From the human T2T-CHM13v2.0 reference genome, Homo sapiens: a stretch of 64,000 bases of DNA. The position numbers were made by a program, and so were the translations under genes. Where the stretch lies: NCBI RefSeq assembly GCF_009914755.1, contig NC_060939.1; one strand, given 5' to 3'. The notes under the pieces are model-generated. The model worked only from the letters and a program-made list of their open reading frames with translations, searched no databases and was not told where the DNA came from. Positions 21,431 to 44,260 of this stretch are shown one piece after another; the first letter of the stretch is position 1, and each line of letters opens with the position of its first letter.

Positions 21431-21991
21431 CTAAAAAATGGTTGTTGATGCATGAACGAATGTCGAAGACCTCATCAAGTACTTGTTCTATTCTTCAGCC
21501 TCTTTTCTCTAATCATTAGTTCAGTAGAGGCTTTTCTCTGATGGGATAACCACGGTGAAAAAAACCTTAATCCTGCTCCATACTAATGTCAGGTTTAACA
21601 AACAAATTACAAGTGAGTTGGCCTTTGTGTTCTGACCTTGTTTATATTAGAGCAACATTGAACTTACTGTATTTTTTTGTGATCAAACAATGGGGATGCA
21701 GATTATTAATGCCACCATCTAGGACAAGCCCTCCCTGCTCCTGCTTCCTCCAGTATGGCACTGAACTTCTCCATCATGACAAGGACAACACAGGAGCCAA
21801 AGACTGCCCTAAAAAACAGAGCTGGGAGCCTCCTCACCCTCCTTGCCTTTGATAAAACCTCTTGAAGGACTGGTTGTCATGGCATGCTTTTCGCAGTTGT
21901 TTTCCTCCTTTTGTGATTGACTTCCCTTTAAAAATTTATAAAATAATAACCCTGTGTCGTTATCCTCCATTGCAATGAAGAAGACACATAG

Positions 21992-22460
<469 letters not shown>

Positions 22461-22662
22461 TCCCTATAGTCTAATTTTTGTATCACAGAGTACTACATCT
22501 CCTTTCAGCTTTTCATTTCCAGGATAAACTAATCCCCCCGTTTTTTGTTTGTTTGTTTTTTGTTTTTTTAAGGCCAAGTCTTTCAGTGTGTTGTTATGAC
22601 CAGTTGTAATTTCCACTCCTATGTGTTCAGGATCGATGTAAAGAAGTTAAAAGCTTTTTCCT

Positions 22663-22970
<308 letters not shown>

Positions 22971-23267
22971 CTTTTTCCTACTCTTCATTATCTCTTTCCC
23001 AGAGGTGAATTTTAACTTGTTACAGCAACAATTCTGCAAGTAATGTCCACATGCTGATTTCCCTTCACACATTGATGCCAATTGACGGGACCATAACAAG
23101 CCATTGTCCTCTTTGTGACTGTTGACCTTTTTCATAGGCTGCATGGAAAGCAGGGAGAATTACTGTGCTCAGGTAGACAGGAGTTCTAGTCTGGCTCTTT
23201 CTGTCGTACCTGTGTGGTGGTGTGCCTCTTTCGCCTGTAAAGTGGAGATAAAAATGCCACTTCGGGG

Positions 23268-23572
23268 TTTTATTTATTTATTTATTTATTTGAGATGGAG
23301 TCTCGCTCTGTCACCCAGGCTGGAGTGCAGTGGGGTGATCTCGGCTCACTGCTACCTCCGCCTCCCAGGTTCAAGTGATTCTCTGCCTCAGCCTCCCAAG
23401 TAGTTGCGATTACAGGCACACGCAATCACACCCAGCTAATTTTTGTATTTTTAGTAGAGATGGGATTTTACCGTATTGGTCAGGCTGGTCTCGAACTCCT
23501 GACCTCAGGTGATCCATCTGCCTTGGCCTCCCAAAGTGCTGAGATTACAGGTGTGAGCCAGTGGACCCGGCC
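23268..23572 (-). mobile_element. AluS
   Basis: TSD ACTT(C/T)GGGGTTTT. Confidence 0.93.
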
Positions 23573-23662
23573 TACTTTGGGGTTTTAGAGTGGAGGAAAT
23601 GAGATGATATCTATAGATGTTAGCTCCTGCCTTTCCATTTTCTTTTTTGTAAACTCTTTGAC

Positions 23663-24114
23663 AGGGTCCCCAACTCCCAGGCCATGGACGGGTGCTGGTC
23701 TGTGGCCTGTTAGGAACCAGGCTGCACAGCAGGAGGTGAGCAGCAGTGAGTGAGCATTACCGCCTAAGCTCTGCCTCCTGTCCGATTAGCGCGGCATTAG
23801 ATTCCCATAGGAGCATGAACTCTATTGTGAACTGCATGTGAGCGGGATCTAGGTGGCCTGCTTTTTATGAGAAGAATCTAACGCCTGATGATGTGATCTG
23901 AAATGGAAGCATTTCATCCTGACGATATTGCCTCTTACCTGGGCAGCAGAGTGAGACCCCAATTCAAAAAAAAGGAAGAAAAAAGAAAAAATTTACACTA
24001 TAGGGAGTTGCTGATATTTTTAATCAAATGATATTTCAAAGCAAATGAATCCCGTCCCCATGGAAAAATTGTCTTCCATGAAACTGGTCCCTGGTGCCAA
24101 AAAGACTGGGGACT
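23663..24114 (+). mobile_element. MER1B (hAT-Charlie) with a ~115-bp foreign insert
   Basis: CAGGGTCCCCAAC…TGTTAGGAACCAGGCTGCACAGCAGGAGGTGAGC…GGAAAAATTGTCTTCCATGAAACTGGTCCCTGGTGCCAAAAAG…GGGGACTG. Confidence 0.85.
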
Positions 24115-24411
24115 GAAATGAGAATTTTATCTTTCTTCTTTTTCCTTTCCCTTCCTACCTTTTTTTTCCCTCCCGCTTCTCCTCTTTGTCCTTCTTACCA
24201 AGGCCCTTTGAAGCCACAGGAACCCAGCACACTCTATGCCTTCCCTCAACAACAAGCCACATCCCGCCCCCGCCCCCCATCTCATCAGCTGTCTTTTCCA
24301 GTCTCCTGTCTTAGGCGGGCAATTGGCAATGGGTGGTGTGTCAGCTTGTCAGCGGGTACACTGGAATCTATATACGTACCTATGCTCCTGTTACCAGCAC
24401 CTCAACTTTGA

Positions 24412-25110
<699 letters not shown>

Positions 25111-26002
25111 CTAGCCTCACTTCTTTCCAGCAAGTCTGTGGGATTCCTTTCATTAAGGAATTTCACAGCAAAGTCCCCTTCACCTGATTGGGACATCTTT
25201 GATTGCTCACTATGTTTTCACGGAACCTGGTCCTTTTCATTCCTTCATTCATAGACCTTATTTATACTTCTGCCTTCAATTCTTTGTTTTCATAACGCAC
25301 CAGCCTTTCTCCAGTAGTACCTGGTACTTCACTGAACATCAAACTAATTCCTGTGAATTTCAACAACAAAAACAGACCCTTTCTTCAAATTTCCCTCATT
25401 CTTTCCTCAACCTCTCCCCTTACTCCTGCTTTGTACTTTGTATCTAACAGTGGCTGTACCTTTTGGAACAGTTCTGAACTGTTTTATGCTATGCAGTGCA
25501 GAGAATGCACTTTCTTATAGTCTGAAGTTGCTGGCAGAGCAAAAAGAAACAAGAAACAAAAGCAGCAATTCAGGAACTTCATTTAGTGAGATACACTTCC
25601 TCTTGGTAGTTTGCCAGCTAGTTTCTTTAGTGGGAAATGATATTTTGAAAGTAAATGACTACCAGTCAGAGGGGAGGGGTTGGTAAAGGGAATCAGTATA
25701 TTAAACCAGATGCCTGTTTCAACTGATGTTGTCATTCATTATTAAACCATAGAAAAGAGATACATTCACTGGTAAATGCAACTTATTATTATTACAACTT
25801 TGTTGCCTGTTTTTCATGTAGAGGAGAATTAAAAAAAACTGTGTTTGATGATGAATTGCTGTAGATTACAAAAGCCTCATAAAGTACATTAAAACAAATC
25901 TAATCATTTACAAGTGCACAAAATAGATCACATATTAAAACTTTTGTTTTCTTGAGAATTAAAACCTTGAAGTTATCTGTATGTTTCCTTACTTTATATT
26001 AA

Positions 26003-26790
<788 letters not shown>

Positions 26791-27714
26791 TAAGGTATCT
26801 TTAAATCAATTTAACTATTAAGGTTATGGGTGGATATATATGCATTAAAGGGGCATTTTGCATTTCTCTGAACTTTTTTTCAAATGTATTCCATCCATTT
26901 ATATAACTTGTTTTTGAGAATTGTCTGGTAGAAATCTTTGCAGTTATCTATTGGGGTTTTTCTTACTGAACATTATGATCTCTTCAGATGTAAAAACTAT
27001 TAATTCTGTTTCATATTAACAATAAATAGTTCCCCTGGTCTATTGCTTGTCCTTTGAGTTTTGATTTAATTAGCTTATTTTTGGCCCAGAAGATTTATTT
27101 TTTTTTCTTTTAAAACATAGCTCCAAACAGCCATTGAAAGATTTACATTTTTTTCTGTTCAGTTCTATCCACTGAGTCATCCATAATTCATTTCATTGCC
27201 TTTGAGGCTAGAATAACCTACTTATTGCATCTTTTCAAGAACTATGTAGAGATGGGAGGAAAGTCCACCTTATGTTTATAGCCTGTCAACAGGGGAATTT
27301 TCTAAGCATTTATTTGTAGAAGTAGGTTGAGAATTTATTCTATCCTTGGATCTGTCCTATGTCGACTTCAGAAGCATCTTAGACATCCTTCTTAGGATTT
27401 TGCCTTATTGATACAACTTCCAAGCAGATGCATACCATTTGGAGTTACCAAGTGCCATTCTCTTTCTCTCTCTACTACTCAGAGTAAAAAATTGCTAAAG
27501 ATTTTTTTTCTAGCCTCTCAATTAATTCATTGCTAATCCCTTATTCAAACAACTGATCCTGTTCTTTTGACCACCGTTAAGAATGGATCTGGCTGGGTCA
27601 GGTGGCTCATGCCTGCAAATCCTAGCAGTTTGGGAGGCCCAGCTAGGAGGAAGACTTGAGCCCAGAAACTTGAGACCCTTTCTCTATGGAAAAAAAAAAA
27701 AGAGCGAATCTGAC

Positions 27715-28161
27715 TGTTAGTCAGGGTTCTTTAGAGAAACAGAACCAATAAAATACACCCCCCACCAACACACATATATATATCTGTTTCATATATATTT
27801 AAAGCATTGCTTATGTCAATCAATCTACCTAGAGAAGGGAGGTTATCTTAAAAAATTGGTTCACATGATTGTGGGAGCAGGCAAGTTCAAAATGCACAGG
27901 GTGGGCCTGCATGTTGGAAACTGAGGCACAATTTCTGTGTTAGTCCTGAAGCAGAATTCTTCCTCTTCCAGGAAACCTCAGTTTTTGCTCTCAAGGCCTT
28001 CAACTGATTTGATGAGATATTATTGACTTTACTTAAAGTGAACTGACTGTGAATGTTAATTACATCTACAAAATACCTTCACAGTAACATCTAGACTAGT
28101 GTTTGATAAACTATTGGGCACCATAGCCTAGCCAAGTTGAGACATGAAACTAACCTTCACC
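27715..28161 (-). mobile_element. MLT2D-like ERVL solo LTR
   Basis: TTAGTCAGGGTTCTTTAGAGAAACAGAACCAATA…AATACCTTCACAGTAACATCTAGACTAGTGTTTGA…GCCAAGTTGAGACATGAAACTAACC. Confidence 0.85.
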
Positions 28162-29115
28162 TAATCATCTCACTGGATTTTCTTTCTCATATTACACATT
28201 CAAGAAGGCACCTAGTCTTCTTCTCTTTTAAAGGCCCCTCTCAGCCCATGCTCCCATGACCCTGAAAGCTTCTGCGTATGCCGTCTACTGGGTTTTGTTA
28301 AATACATTGTAAGATGCTGACAACATTCGTGGGCAGTCACTGCTGGAACATTTCTGTGGCTAGTTCATTGGCTACAGGAACGCGCTGCTCCAAAAGTTGG
28401 ATTTCAGTTAATTTCATTCTAGGAATTAGAAATGCATTTTGTAGAGCTTTGACACTATGTTTATGGGAGCATTTCAGATCTAATAGGATCTAAGATAAGA
28501 GGAACTGCTGAATACGTACTTAAAAGCACCCATTGTCTGGAGGCATTATGGAGGCCTGAGCTAAAACATCATTTTTGCCCCTTTTTTTAATCTTCGGAGA
28601 ACAAGGCAGGACCTTGGAAAAGGAGGGCTGGAGGCATTCATGGGCCAGGATGCCACTGAAGCAGAGGAAGAATACCATCAAGCTAGATATGAGAACCTGC
28701 AATGACAACTGCCCAGGTACTGGGAGGGTGGGCGGTGGAAGCCATGTGATCAGAGCAATGGGGATGGAACCACTTGGGTAACCACTGCCATGCTGGTAAT
28801 AAAGTGCAGCTTACACGGAAGTGTGACAGTTGAGTGAAACAAAGCACTCTACTCCACTGGCATTGGTGGTAGCGGGAGGGGACACTCCTGCTTCCAGGTA
28901 CTTTTCTGGGCAGAAGTAAAGTTGGACGTGCTTTCCTCTCAGCCTATTCAATAAGACAGGTCAGTTCTTGGGCTCCTAGACACCCACTGTTGTGGGAATG
29001 AGAGTAGTCACAATTACCTTTCCTACGTAACGCGTCATCTGAGGTCCACAGAGTGTAGGTCTTTCATTTGGACAATGCATTACAGTTATCTGCTAAGAAA
29101 AATGTATTCACAGAT

Positions 29116-29899
<784 letters not shown>

Positions 29900-29909
29900 G
29901 ACATGAAAG

Positions 29910-30889
<980 letters not shown>

Positions 30890-31013
30890 GAAGCGTATAT
30901 TAGCTTTTTTTTTCAAACTAAGGAAAAGGTTTTGGAAATTGATTCAACTTCTGATTTTTAAGTAATAATTTTTTTTTCGCTTTGCTAATGAATAAACAGA
31001 AGTTTTTATGTAG

Positions 31014-31891
<878 letters not shown>

Positions 31892-32493
31892 TGTTTGGTC
31901 TTTATTTTCATGAGCATTTTCTCTATAAAAGCTATTTTTAAAAGTTATAATTTCATTTGAATGAGCTGGAGAGGTTTGTTTTAATAAAGTTTTAAAGAAA
32001 TATGCTGGAATTTAACAGATTGGAAGAATAATTGTCTTTCCAAATGTTTAGCCCCACCATCAGGAGTTGTCCAGAACCTTTTTCCTAGCTCTCTGGATAG
32101 AGAAACATTTTAAAAAATGTGCCACTTCACAGAATACAAAAGACAGCCAACTCAAAGGAAGAGTTTCATGGTGAAATCCAATCATGGAAGGATTAAAGTA
32201 TCAGAGTAAAGATTGAAGCCCTGCTGGGTGCGGTGGTACATACCTTTAGTCTGGGCTACTTGAGGGCTGAGGCAGGGGGATCATTTGAGCCCAGCAGTTT
32301 GAATCCAGCGTGGGCAACACAGTGAGACCTATCTCTACTTTTTTTTTTTTTTTAAATGAAGTCCTGTTGTGTGGATTTTTTTTTTTTTTTTGCTTTTGAA
32401 ACAGCCAATGGTCAATCATAAATAGTAAATCATAGGTATAAAAATGCTTTAACCAAAGGTAATTTGTTCTTTTCCTTTAAAAAAAAAAAAAAC

Positions 32494-33250
<757 letters not shown>

Positions 33251-34019
33251 ACCAAAGGTAAGTTGAATCATTCAAAGCTACTTTGGAAATTTCCTATCCT
33301 GCTATCTTTTAAAATACAAGGAAGGAATTTTGGTGACTAGTTTGAAAGCTAGTTTGATACCAGAAACAGGAAGTCACTTCAGTTTGGATATTTATGATCT
33401 TAAAATAGAATAACATTACTGACAATCTTACAGAAAGGGGACGAGGAAAAATATTTGTAGAGCTTTTCAAAGCGGGTGTATACCTTTAGAAATTTTTTAT
33501 TACCTAATTAGATAAACTACATACTGCTTTTAGTGAATTTTTTACAAAAAATTTCCATTTACAACAAATATTTTCTTTGCATAATAATTGCATTTCAAGC
33601 TCCCCGGGCAGCTCAGCCAACGGAGCCCCTGCCTCCCGTGGAGCTCCCGCAGCCCTCTTCTCTGGTCTATGTGCTCCACAGGAACAATCTCCATGTGCTC
33701 CGTTGAAGCAGTACCAGCAAGACACCGACAACTTGCCTTCCGGTTGTCTTATAAAAAGCCCCTCTTCCGCAGAGAGGAATCACTTCCACCCTGATTTTGT
33801 TTTGAATCAACCCTCTTGTCTTAACTCGGCTTCATCTCTCTCAAAGCTAAACTGCAGAAACATCACCTGGGTTCCACCATTCCACCTCTGTTCTTTGCTC
33901 TCTTTCCCTCTCCCTCCCATAATGATCACACCGCTGCACTCCACCTGGACAGCAGAGCAAGACTCTGTCTCAAAACAAAAACAAAAACAAAAACAAAAAC
34001 AAAAAACCAAGCGGATACG

Positions 34020-34128
34020 CAGTGGCACAACAGTGTGAATGTACTTCATGCCACTGAAGTGTACACTTAAAAATGGTGAAGATGGTAAATTTTATGTTGT
34101 GTGTATTTTACCACAATTAGTGAAAAAA
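34020..34128 (+). mobile_element. L1MB 3' end
   Basis: GCACAACAGTGTGAATGTACTT…GTACACTTAAAAATGG…TTTTACCACAAT. Confidence 0.8.
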
Positions 34129-34514
34129 GCAGATACGGTTTCATACAAAGCAGTTGTGGCACATATGTCTTCTAGTGTCACAGATGGACCTTCCTCATAT
34201 GTCTACGTCACCTTGGGGGGAAATGCTCTATTTGGTTTGCTTGATTTGACCCTCTGTGTTGATCCTGGGAAAATTATCTCCCTAGAGAGTCCAGTTGCCA
34301 CTTGAAGAATGATCAGGAAGGCCAGTCACCATTTGTATATGCCTGGTTCATAGAATGCACTCATGCTCACAAAATAGCACTGCAAATGTCCAATTGTCCA
34401 GTTACACAGGAGAGCTAAATTCCCCCAAATTTAAGGCTTTGGAATGACCCTAGGTTCTTCCTAGTCATGAAAGTGTGGTCTCCTTCCAGAACCTAAGAGA
34501 TCTACCTCCATCCT

Positions 34515-34945
34515 TAGCTCTGTTGCCCAGGCCGAAGTGCAGTAGCACAATCATGGCTCACTGCAGCCTCGAACTCCTGGGCTCAAGATCCTCCCACCTC
34601 AGCCTCCTGAGTAGCCGGAACTACAGACACAGGCCACCACGCCTGGCTACTTTCCTTATTTTTTGAGGAAATGTGGTCTCCCTATGTTGTCAAGGCTGGT
34701 CTTGAACTCCTGGGCTCAAGCAATATGCCTGCCTTAACCTCCCAAAATGCTGGGATTACAGGCATGAGCCACCGCACCCAGCCTTGGGCTGTTTTTGTTG
34801 TTGTTGTTGTTTTCAGCTTTATTGAGATATAACTGACAAATATATAATCTAAAGTGTACAACATGATGATTTGATAGACATACACATTGTGAAATGATTA
34901 CCATGATCAAGTTAGTTAGCACATCCATTAACCCACGTCGTTCCT
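34515..34945 (-). mobile_element. AluJ (34515-34783) and L1MA/MB 3' end (34810-34945)
   Basis: CAGCTTTATTGAGATATAACTGAC…AAGTGTACAACATGATGATTTGA. Confidence 0.82.
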
Positions 34946-35064
34946 TTTTTTTTTTCTTCACTCTCCCAGGCTTAGGACATTAGTCCTCTTGATTCTTCAT
35001 CAAGGGAAAGAGGGGCTGCTCAGCCACACACCAACACTTCTATTCTTCCTCCTCTGGTTTTTAA

Positions 35065-35792
<728 letters not shown>

Positions 35793-36629
35793 CCAGCCAC
35801 AGTATTTTTATTCAGCCATGGAACCAGTTTGCAAGAACGGTTCCCATGGTCAGTACCTGTAACATTTACAACTAAAGATTTGAACAAACTGAACAGGGAG
35901 GTTGAGAAGAAAGAAGAGTTAAAGTGCTACTTAAAGGAACTTTCTTTCCTATGCTTTATTTTATATAATATTAATAGTTAGGTATAAAGTTAACTGTGCT
36001 AAAGCAATTCCTTTTCTCCTTATTATTTATGTGCATAAACAGACTACACTGGAGGCTCTTGGTGAAGAGGGGGTTAAAATTACAGCCCTGCTAAATTTCT
36101 ATATAGCAGTAAAACTTAGCTGTAATTCCTACCTAACATTGCAGTTTTTCCTTCCAAACTGCAGGCCTCTTTCTTGTTTTCTTACTGAGCAACTTCCCTG
36201 CAGTCCTGCCTACCAAGGACACAGGAAAATACTAGCTCCTAGAATTCTGCCCTTCTTTTTCATAGTTTCAAACACTGTCTAACATAGCTGGCCGGTGCCA
36301 TCAGCTTCAGCCTTAAATGTGATTAAATCACATATAATGTTTTCTGACCTTCAAGACCTGCAGCCTCAGGCTACAGGTTAGGTACTGATTTCCCTACTTT
36401 TATAGTTCTGTTAATTTTTAAATGCTGTGTACTGAGCTCAGTACGAAACATAGTTTGTCTGTCAAAAGCAAAGCTAGTTGTCTTTTATGTATTATGTAGT
36501 TTGTTAGTTTTTGTTTTAATAGGAGTTTATTAGCTAACTTGAGGGTCATGGCAGGGTACCTATTTTCTTCCTTCTCTATGTCTTGGGCTTTCTTCTTTTA
36601 TTGGTGAGTAAAATGAAAAGGAAAAAAAT

Positions 36630-36900
36630 GGTCAGGGGTGGTGGCTCACGCCTGTAATGCCAGCACTTCGGAAGGCCGAGGCAGGCAGATTGCCTGAGCT
36701 CAGGAATTGGAGACCAGCCTGGGCAACATGGTGAAACCTCATCTCTACTGAAATACAAAAAAAATAGCCGGGCGTGGTGGCACGCGCCTATAGTCCCCGC
36801 TCCCCCAGAGGCAAAGGTTGCAGTGAGCCGAGATCGTGCCACTGCACTCCAGCCTGTGCACCAGAACAAGACCCCGTCTCCAAAAAAAGAAAACGAAAAA
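36630..36900 (+). mobile_element. AluS with a right-arm deletion
   Basis: TAGTCCCCGCTCCCCCAGAGGCAAAGG lacks ~40 nt of consensus. Confidence 0.88.
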
Positions 36901-36977
36901 GAGTCTAACAAATCTGTGAGTCACGTTATTGGTTAAGATAGCAGATGAAGCACTTAGTGGGAGAGATGGGACAATAA

Positions 36978-37275
<298 letters not shown>

Positions 37276-37825
37276 AACACATTAACTTTAAAAAGTTGAC
37301 TTTTTGAAAGTATGGTATAGGGAGACTGATTGCAGCCCCGCTACTCCCTGCAGATCATCTGCCTCTTCTCACCCAGGTCCTCACAGCTTCTCTAAGAAAC
37401 TCCACTAGAGAATGTCCTAGGGAACCCATCCTGATCTTTCTACTTCTGGACCCCACAGTGACCTTATTAGTGAGCCTCCAATTTCGATACTGAATCACAT
37501 TCTGCTTTGTACTAGCCACAGTCATTTAGTAAATGCCAATCTTGCTACCTTATCTAGATGGCAGATTCTCTAGGGCAAGGTTCTTGTCACCTACTTGTGT
37601 TGTATTCTCAGTGCTTCTGCACAGTTGGGGCTGCCTTTGTGGCCTGGAAAGGAAAGCAGCCAGGCTGAGGGGTCAAAGAACACCAAAGCAAAAGGATAGA
37701 GTACCTGCCCTCAAAGTGCTCAGAGTCTAGTTGGGCGGATAAGTGTGATAGTATATCACTGGTTGTAAGCAACAGAAACCTGCTATGGTTGGAAACCAAA
37801 AAAGGGATTTATTGAAAGAATATCG

Positions 37826-38680
<855 letters not shown>

Positions 38681-38847
38681 ATGTAGGAATGCACCTGATC
38701 CAAGGGAAGCCTGAAGGTCCAGACTCTAAAAAGACAAGAATGTGGAGGTGCTGGGAGTCTGGAGCTCCATTTCCTCAGAACATTGTTTCTGGGATGAATT
38801 AATTACAGCTCTTTTCAATCATTTAGATATCTGCTCAGCATTCAACT

Positions 38848-39445
<598 letters not shown>

Positions 39446-40698
39446 TCAACAGAAAGAGAATTCCACTTCCACTATAGCAGAGTAAGAGCCTAACAGACTG
39501 TCCCCCCACCAAGATCACTATAGATGATGGGCAAAATGCAAAAGAAACCAACCAGTGTTTCTGGAGAGTTAACAAATTAGTCAGATTTTGGAGAGGAGTT
39601 GAAACTTAAAGGAACTGATTCAAGGTGGGTTTCCCTTTTTGTGTGTGATTTTGGCCAGAAGAAAGACTGTCATTTTGTGGAATAGGGTAGTTGTAACTTC
39701 AGTGGAAAGCCTACCAACTTTTTGGGCCAAGGAACCAGGGGACAAATCCCAGGGCCACCATGGCCATCAGAAAATGAAGGGGGAATCTCAGACCGGAAGG
39801 AGTTAGAAAAAGGGAGCTCCAAAATCTATGTACACTTAGCCCAAGTCTTAGGCTGACTCTTGAACCATACTCAAGTGAAACAGATTCAAAGCAACTTGCA
39901 TTTATGGCTAAAAGAACAGAAGTGAGACTTGAACTACTGCCCACTGTGGGCAAGTCGGAATTTGCAGTTTGAATATCTCCAAGGTAAGTGCCAGCTAAAA
40001 CAAAATGAACAGTAATCTCTGGGGAGGTAAAACCAGGGTCTCCACAAAATAACATCATAAATTCCGAGATACAATAACAATCACTCAATATATGAAGAAC
40101 CAGGAAAATGCAATCCATTCTCACCGAAAAAGTCATCAATAGAGAACAATTCTGAGTGACTCCACATGTTGGAATTTTCAGACAAGAGCCTTATAGCAGC
40201 CCATGTAACCATGTTCCATTAAGTAAAGGAAACCATATTTGGAATGAATGAACACATAGAAAATCTCATCAGAGACGTATGAAAAAGAGCTGGAAGAAAT
40301 TTTATAATTGAAAATGTTTCTACACTACAGCCTGGGTGACAGAGTGAGATTCTATCTCAAAAAAATTTAAATAAATAAATGAAAAATTCACTGAATGGGG
40401 TTAATAGTAGGATGAAGATGACAGAGTCAGGTAACTTGAAGATATAACAATAGAGTATGCAATCTGAATAATAAAGACCAAAAAATAAAAAAGGAAACTG
40501 TAGGACAGTATCAATAAGTCTAAATACAGGTAATTGGAGTCCCAAAAGGAAGGAAATTTTTTATTTTATTTTCATTTTTTGAGACAGAGTTTTACTGTGT
40601 CACCCAGGTTGGTATGAGGAAGGAAATGTTTTAAAGAGGGTAGAAAAAAATATTTGAACAAACAACGGCTTCTCAAATTTGGTAAAAGATATACAGTT

Positions 40699-41151
40699 GG
40701 CTAGGCATGGTGGCTCACATCTGTAATCCCATCACTTTGGGAGGCTGAGGTGGGAGGATTGCTTGTGTTTGGGAGTTCGAGACCAGGCCAGGCAACATAG
40801 CAAGATTCCTCCATCTCTACAAAAAACTTAAGAATTTAGCTGGTGTGGCCAAGCGCGGTGGCTCACGCCTGTAATCCCAGCACTTTGAGGGGCCAAGGTA
40901 GGCAGATAACCTGAGGTCAGGAGTTCAAGACCAGCCTGGCCAACATGGTGAAACTTCATCCCTACTAAGAACACAAAAATTAGCTGGGTGTGGTGGTGCA
41001 CACCTATTATCCCAGCTACTTAGGAGCCTGAGGCAGGAGATTGCTTGAACCTGAGAGGGGGAGCCTGCAGTGAACCGAGATTGCGCCACTGCACTCCAGC
41101 CTGGGCAACACAGCAAGAATCTGTCTCAAAAAAAAAAAAAAAAAAAAAAAA
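40699..41151 (+). mobile_element. AluJ left arm plus full AluS
   Basis: Consensus matches. Confidence 0.9.
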
Positions 41152-41401
41152 GGAAATGCAGCATGTATGTATGTGTTCAACATATATAGAAAAGAATAGA
41201 AAGGCCAAAAGGTACTTAATATTTATCAGTTACCTGAATATTAAATATTTAATACACTAAATATGAATGAGACATAGAAGATGCTAAATATATAAAAGGC
41301 ACTAAACATTCAGGATAAATGTATCGGAGCTTTATATACATAAGGTCTAATTCAGCCACCAAGAGGTGACACCTATTCCAGCCCCAGATGTCCTCTACAT
41401 G

Positions 41402-41957
<556 letters not shown>

Positions 41958-42001
41958 TATTTTTAGTAGAGATGGTTTTTCACCATGTTGGCCTGGCTGG
42001 A

Positions 42002-42200
42002 ATGCCACACCTCTTTAAACAACCAGCTCTTGGATGAACTAATAGAGCAAAGACTCACTCATTATTGTGGGGAGGGCACATACCCATTTGTGAGGGATCC
42101 TCCCCTATGACCAAAACATCTCCCACTAGGCCTCACCTCCAACATTGAGAATGACATTTTCACATGAGATTTGGAGGGGACAAATATCACAACTACGTCA
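42002..42200 (-). mobile_element. MSTB MaLR LTR fragment
   Basis: TTTAAACAACCAGCTCT…CCCACTAGGCCTCACCTCCAACATTG…CATGAGATTTGGAGGGGACAAATATC. Confidence 0.85.
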
Positions 42201-42337
42201 GCAAAAAATTTCAAGGAAAAGATGAACACTTTAAATGACAAAAGAGTCAATTCATCAGGAAGGTATAACAATAATGTGTATGTGCCTAGTAACACATCCT
42301 CAAGACTCATGAAACAAAAATTGACAGAGAAAAGTAG

Positions 42338-42988
<651 letters not shown>

Positions 42989-43401
42989 AGTTGGAGAGTT
43001 TTTTAAACACACTCTCTCAGCAATTAATCAACAAAGACGTAGATGACCTGAATATCATTTTCAACCTCCTTGACCTAATATTTATTTGTAGAACACTGTA
43101 TCTAACAACTCTATAATATACGTCATTTTCAAGTACACGTGGGTACATTCACCAAGTTAGATATATGCGGGCCACAAAACAGTGTCAATAACTGAAATTA
43201 TTGAAATAATATAGAATGCATTCTGTGACCGTATGGAATTAAATTAGATATTAGTAACAATAATATATCTTGGAAAACTGCAAATGTTTGGAAATTAAAT
43301 GACATATTTCTAACTAATTCATAGGTCAAAGAAGGAACCAAAAGTGTGGTTAAAAATATTTCAAACTGAATAATAATAAATACAGCATATAAAAAATATA
43401 G

Positions 43402-44260
43402 GGCTGGGTGTGATGGCTCATATTTATAATCGCAGAACTTTAGGTGGCCAAGATGGGAGTATCACTTGAGTCCAGGAGTTTGAGACCAGCCTGGGCAACA
43501 TATTGAGACCCTGTCTCTACAAAAAAAAAAAAAAAAAAAAAAAAAATTATAGGATGCATTCAAAGTAGTACTCACAGGGAAATTTATAGCTTTAAGTGAT
43601 TACATTAAAAAAGAAGAAAGGCCTAAAGCCAGGCACGGTGGCTCACGTCTATAATCCCAGTACTTTGGGAGGCCAAGGTGGGCAGATCACTTGAGGTCAG
43701 GAGTTTGAGACCAGTCTTGCCAACATGGCAAAACTCCATCTCTGCTAAAAATTAAAAAATGAGCTGGGCATGGTGGTGCTTGCCTGTAGTCCCAGCTACT
43801 TAGGATGCTGAGTCATGAGAATCTCTAGAACCCAGGAGGCAGAAGTTGCAGTGAGCCGAGATCATGCCACTGCACTCCATCTAGCCTGGGTGACAGAGTG
43901 AGACTCCATCTCAAAAAAAAAAAAAAAAAAAAAAAGGCTGAATTTTAGCTGGGTGTGGTGGCTCACACCTGTAATCCCAGCACTTTGGGAGGCTGAGGCA
44001 GAAGGATCACGAGGTCAGGAGTTTGAGACCAGCCTGGCCAACATAGTGAAACCCTGTCTCTACTAAAGATACAAAAAATTAGGTGGACATGGTGGCAGGT
44101 GCCTGTAATCCCAGCTACTTGGGAGGCTGAGGCAGGAGAATCACTTGAATGCGGGAGGCAGAGGCTGCAGTGAGCTGAGATCATGCCACCATGCCACTGC
44201 ACTCCAGCCCAGGCGACAGTGGGAGACTTCGTCTCAAAAAAAAAAAAAAAAAAAAAAAAG
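43402..44260 (+). mobile_element. FLAM (43402-43546) and two tandem AluS (43628-44260)
   Basis: Consensus matches. Confidence 0.9.

Noticed and set aside
41353-41373. CTCF-like CCACCAAGAGGTGAC
   Set aside because: Several mismatches at core positions.
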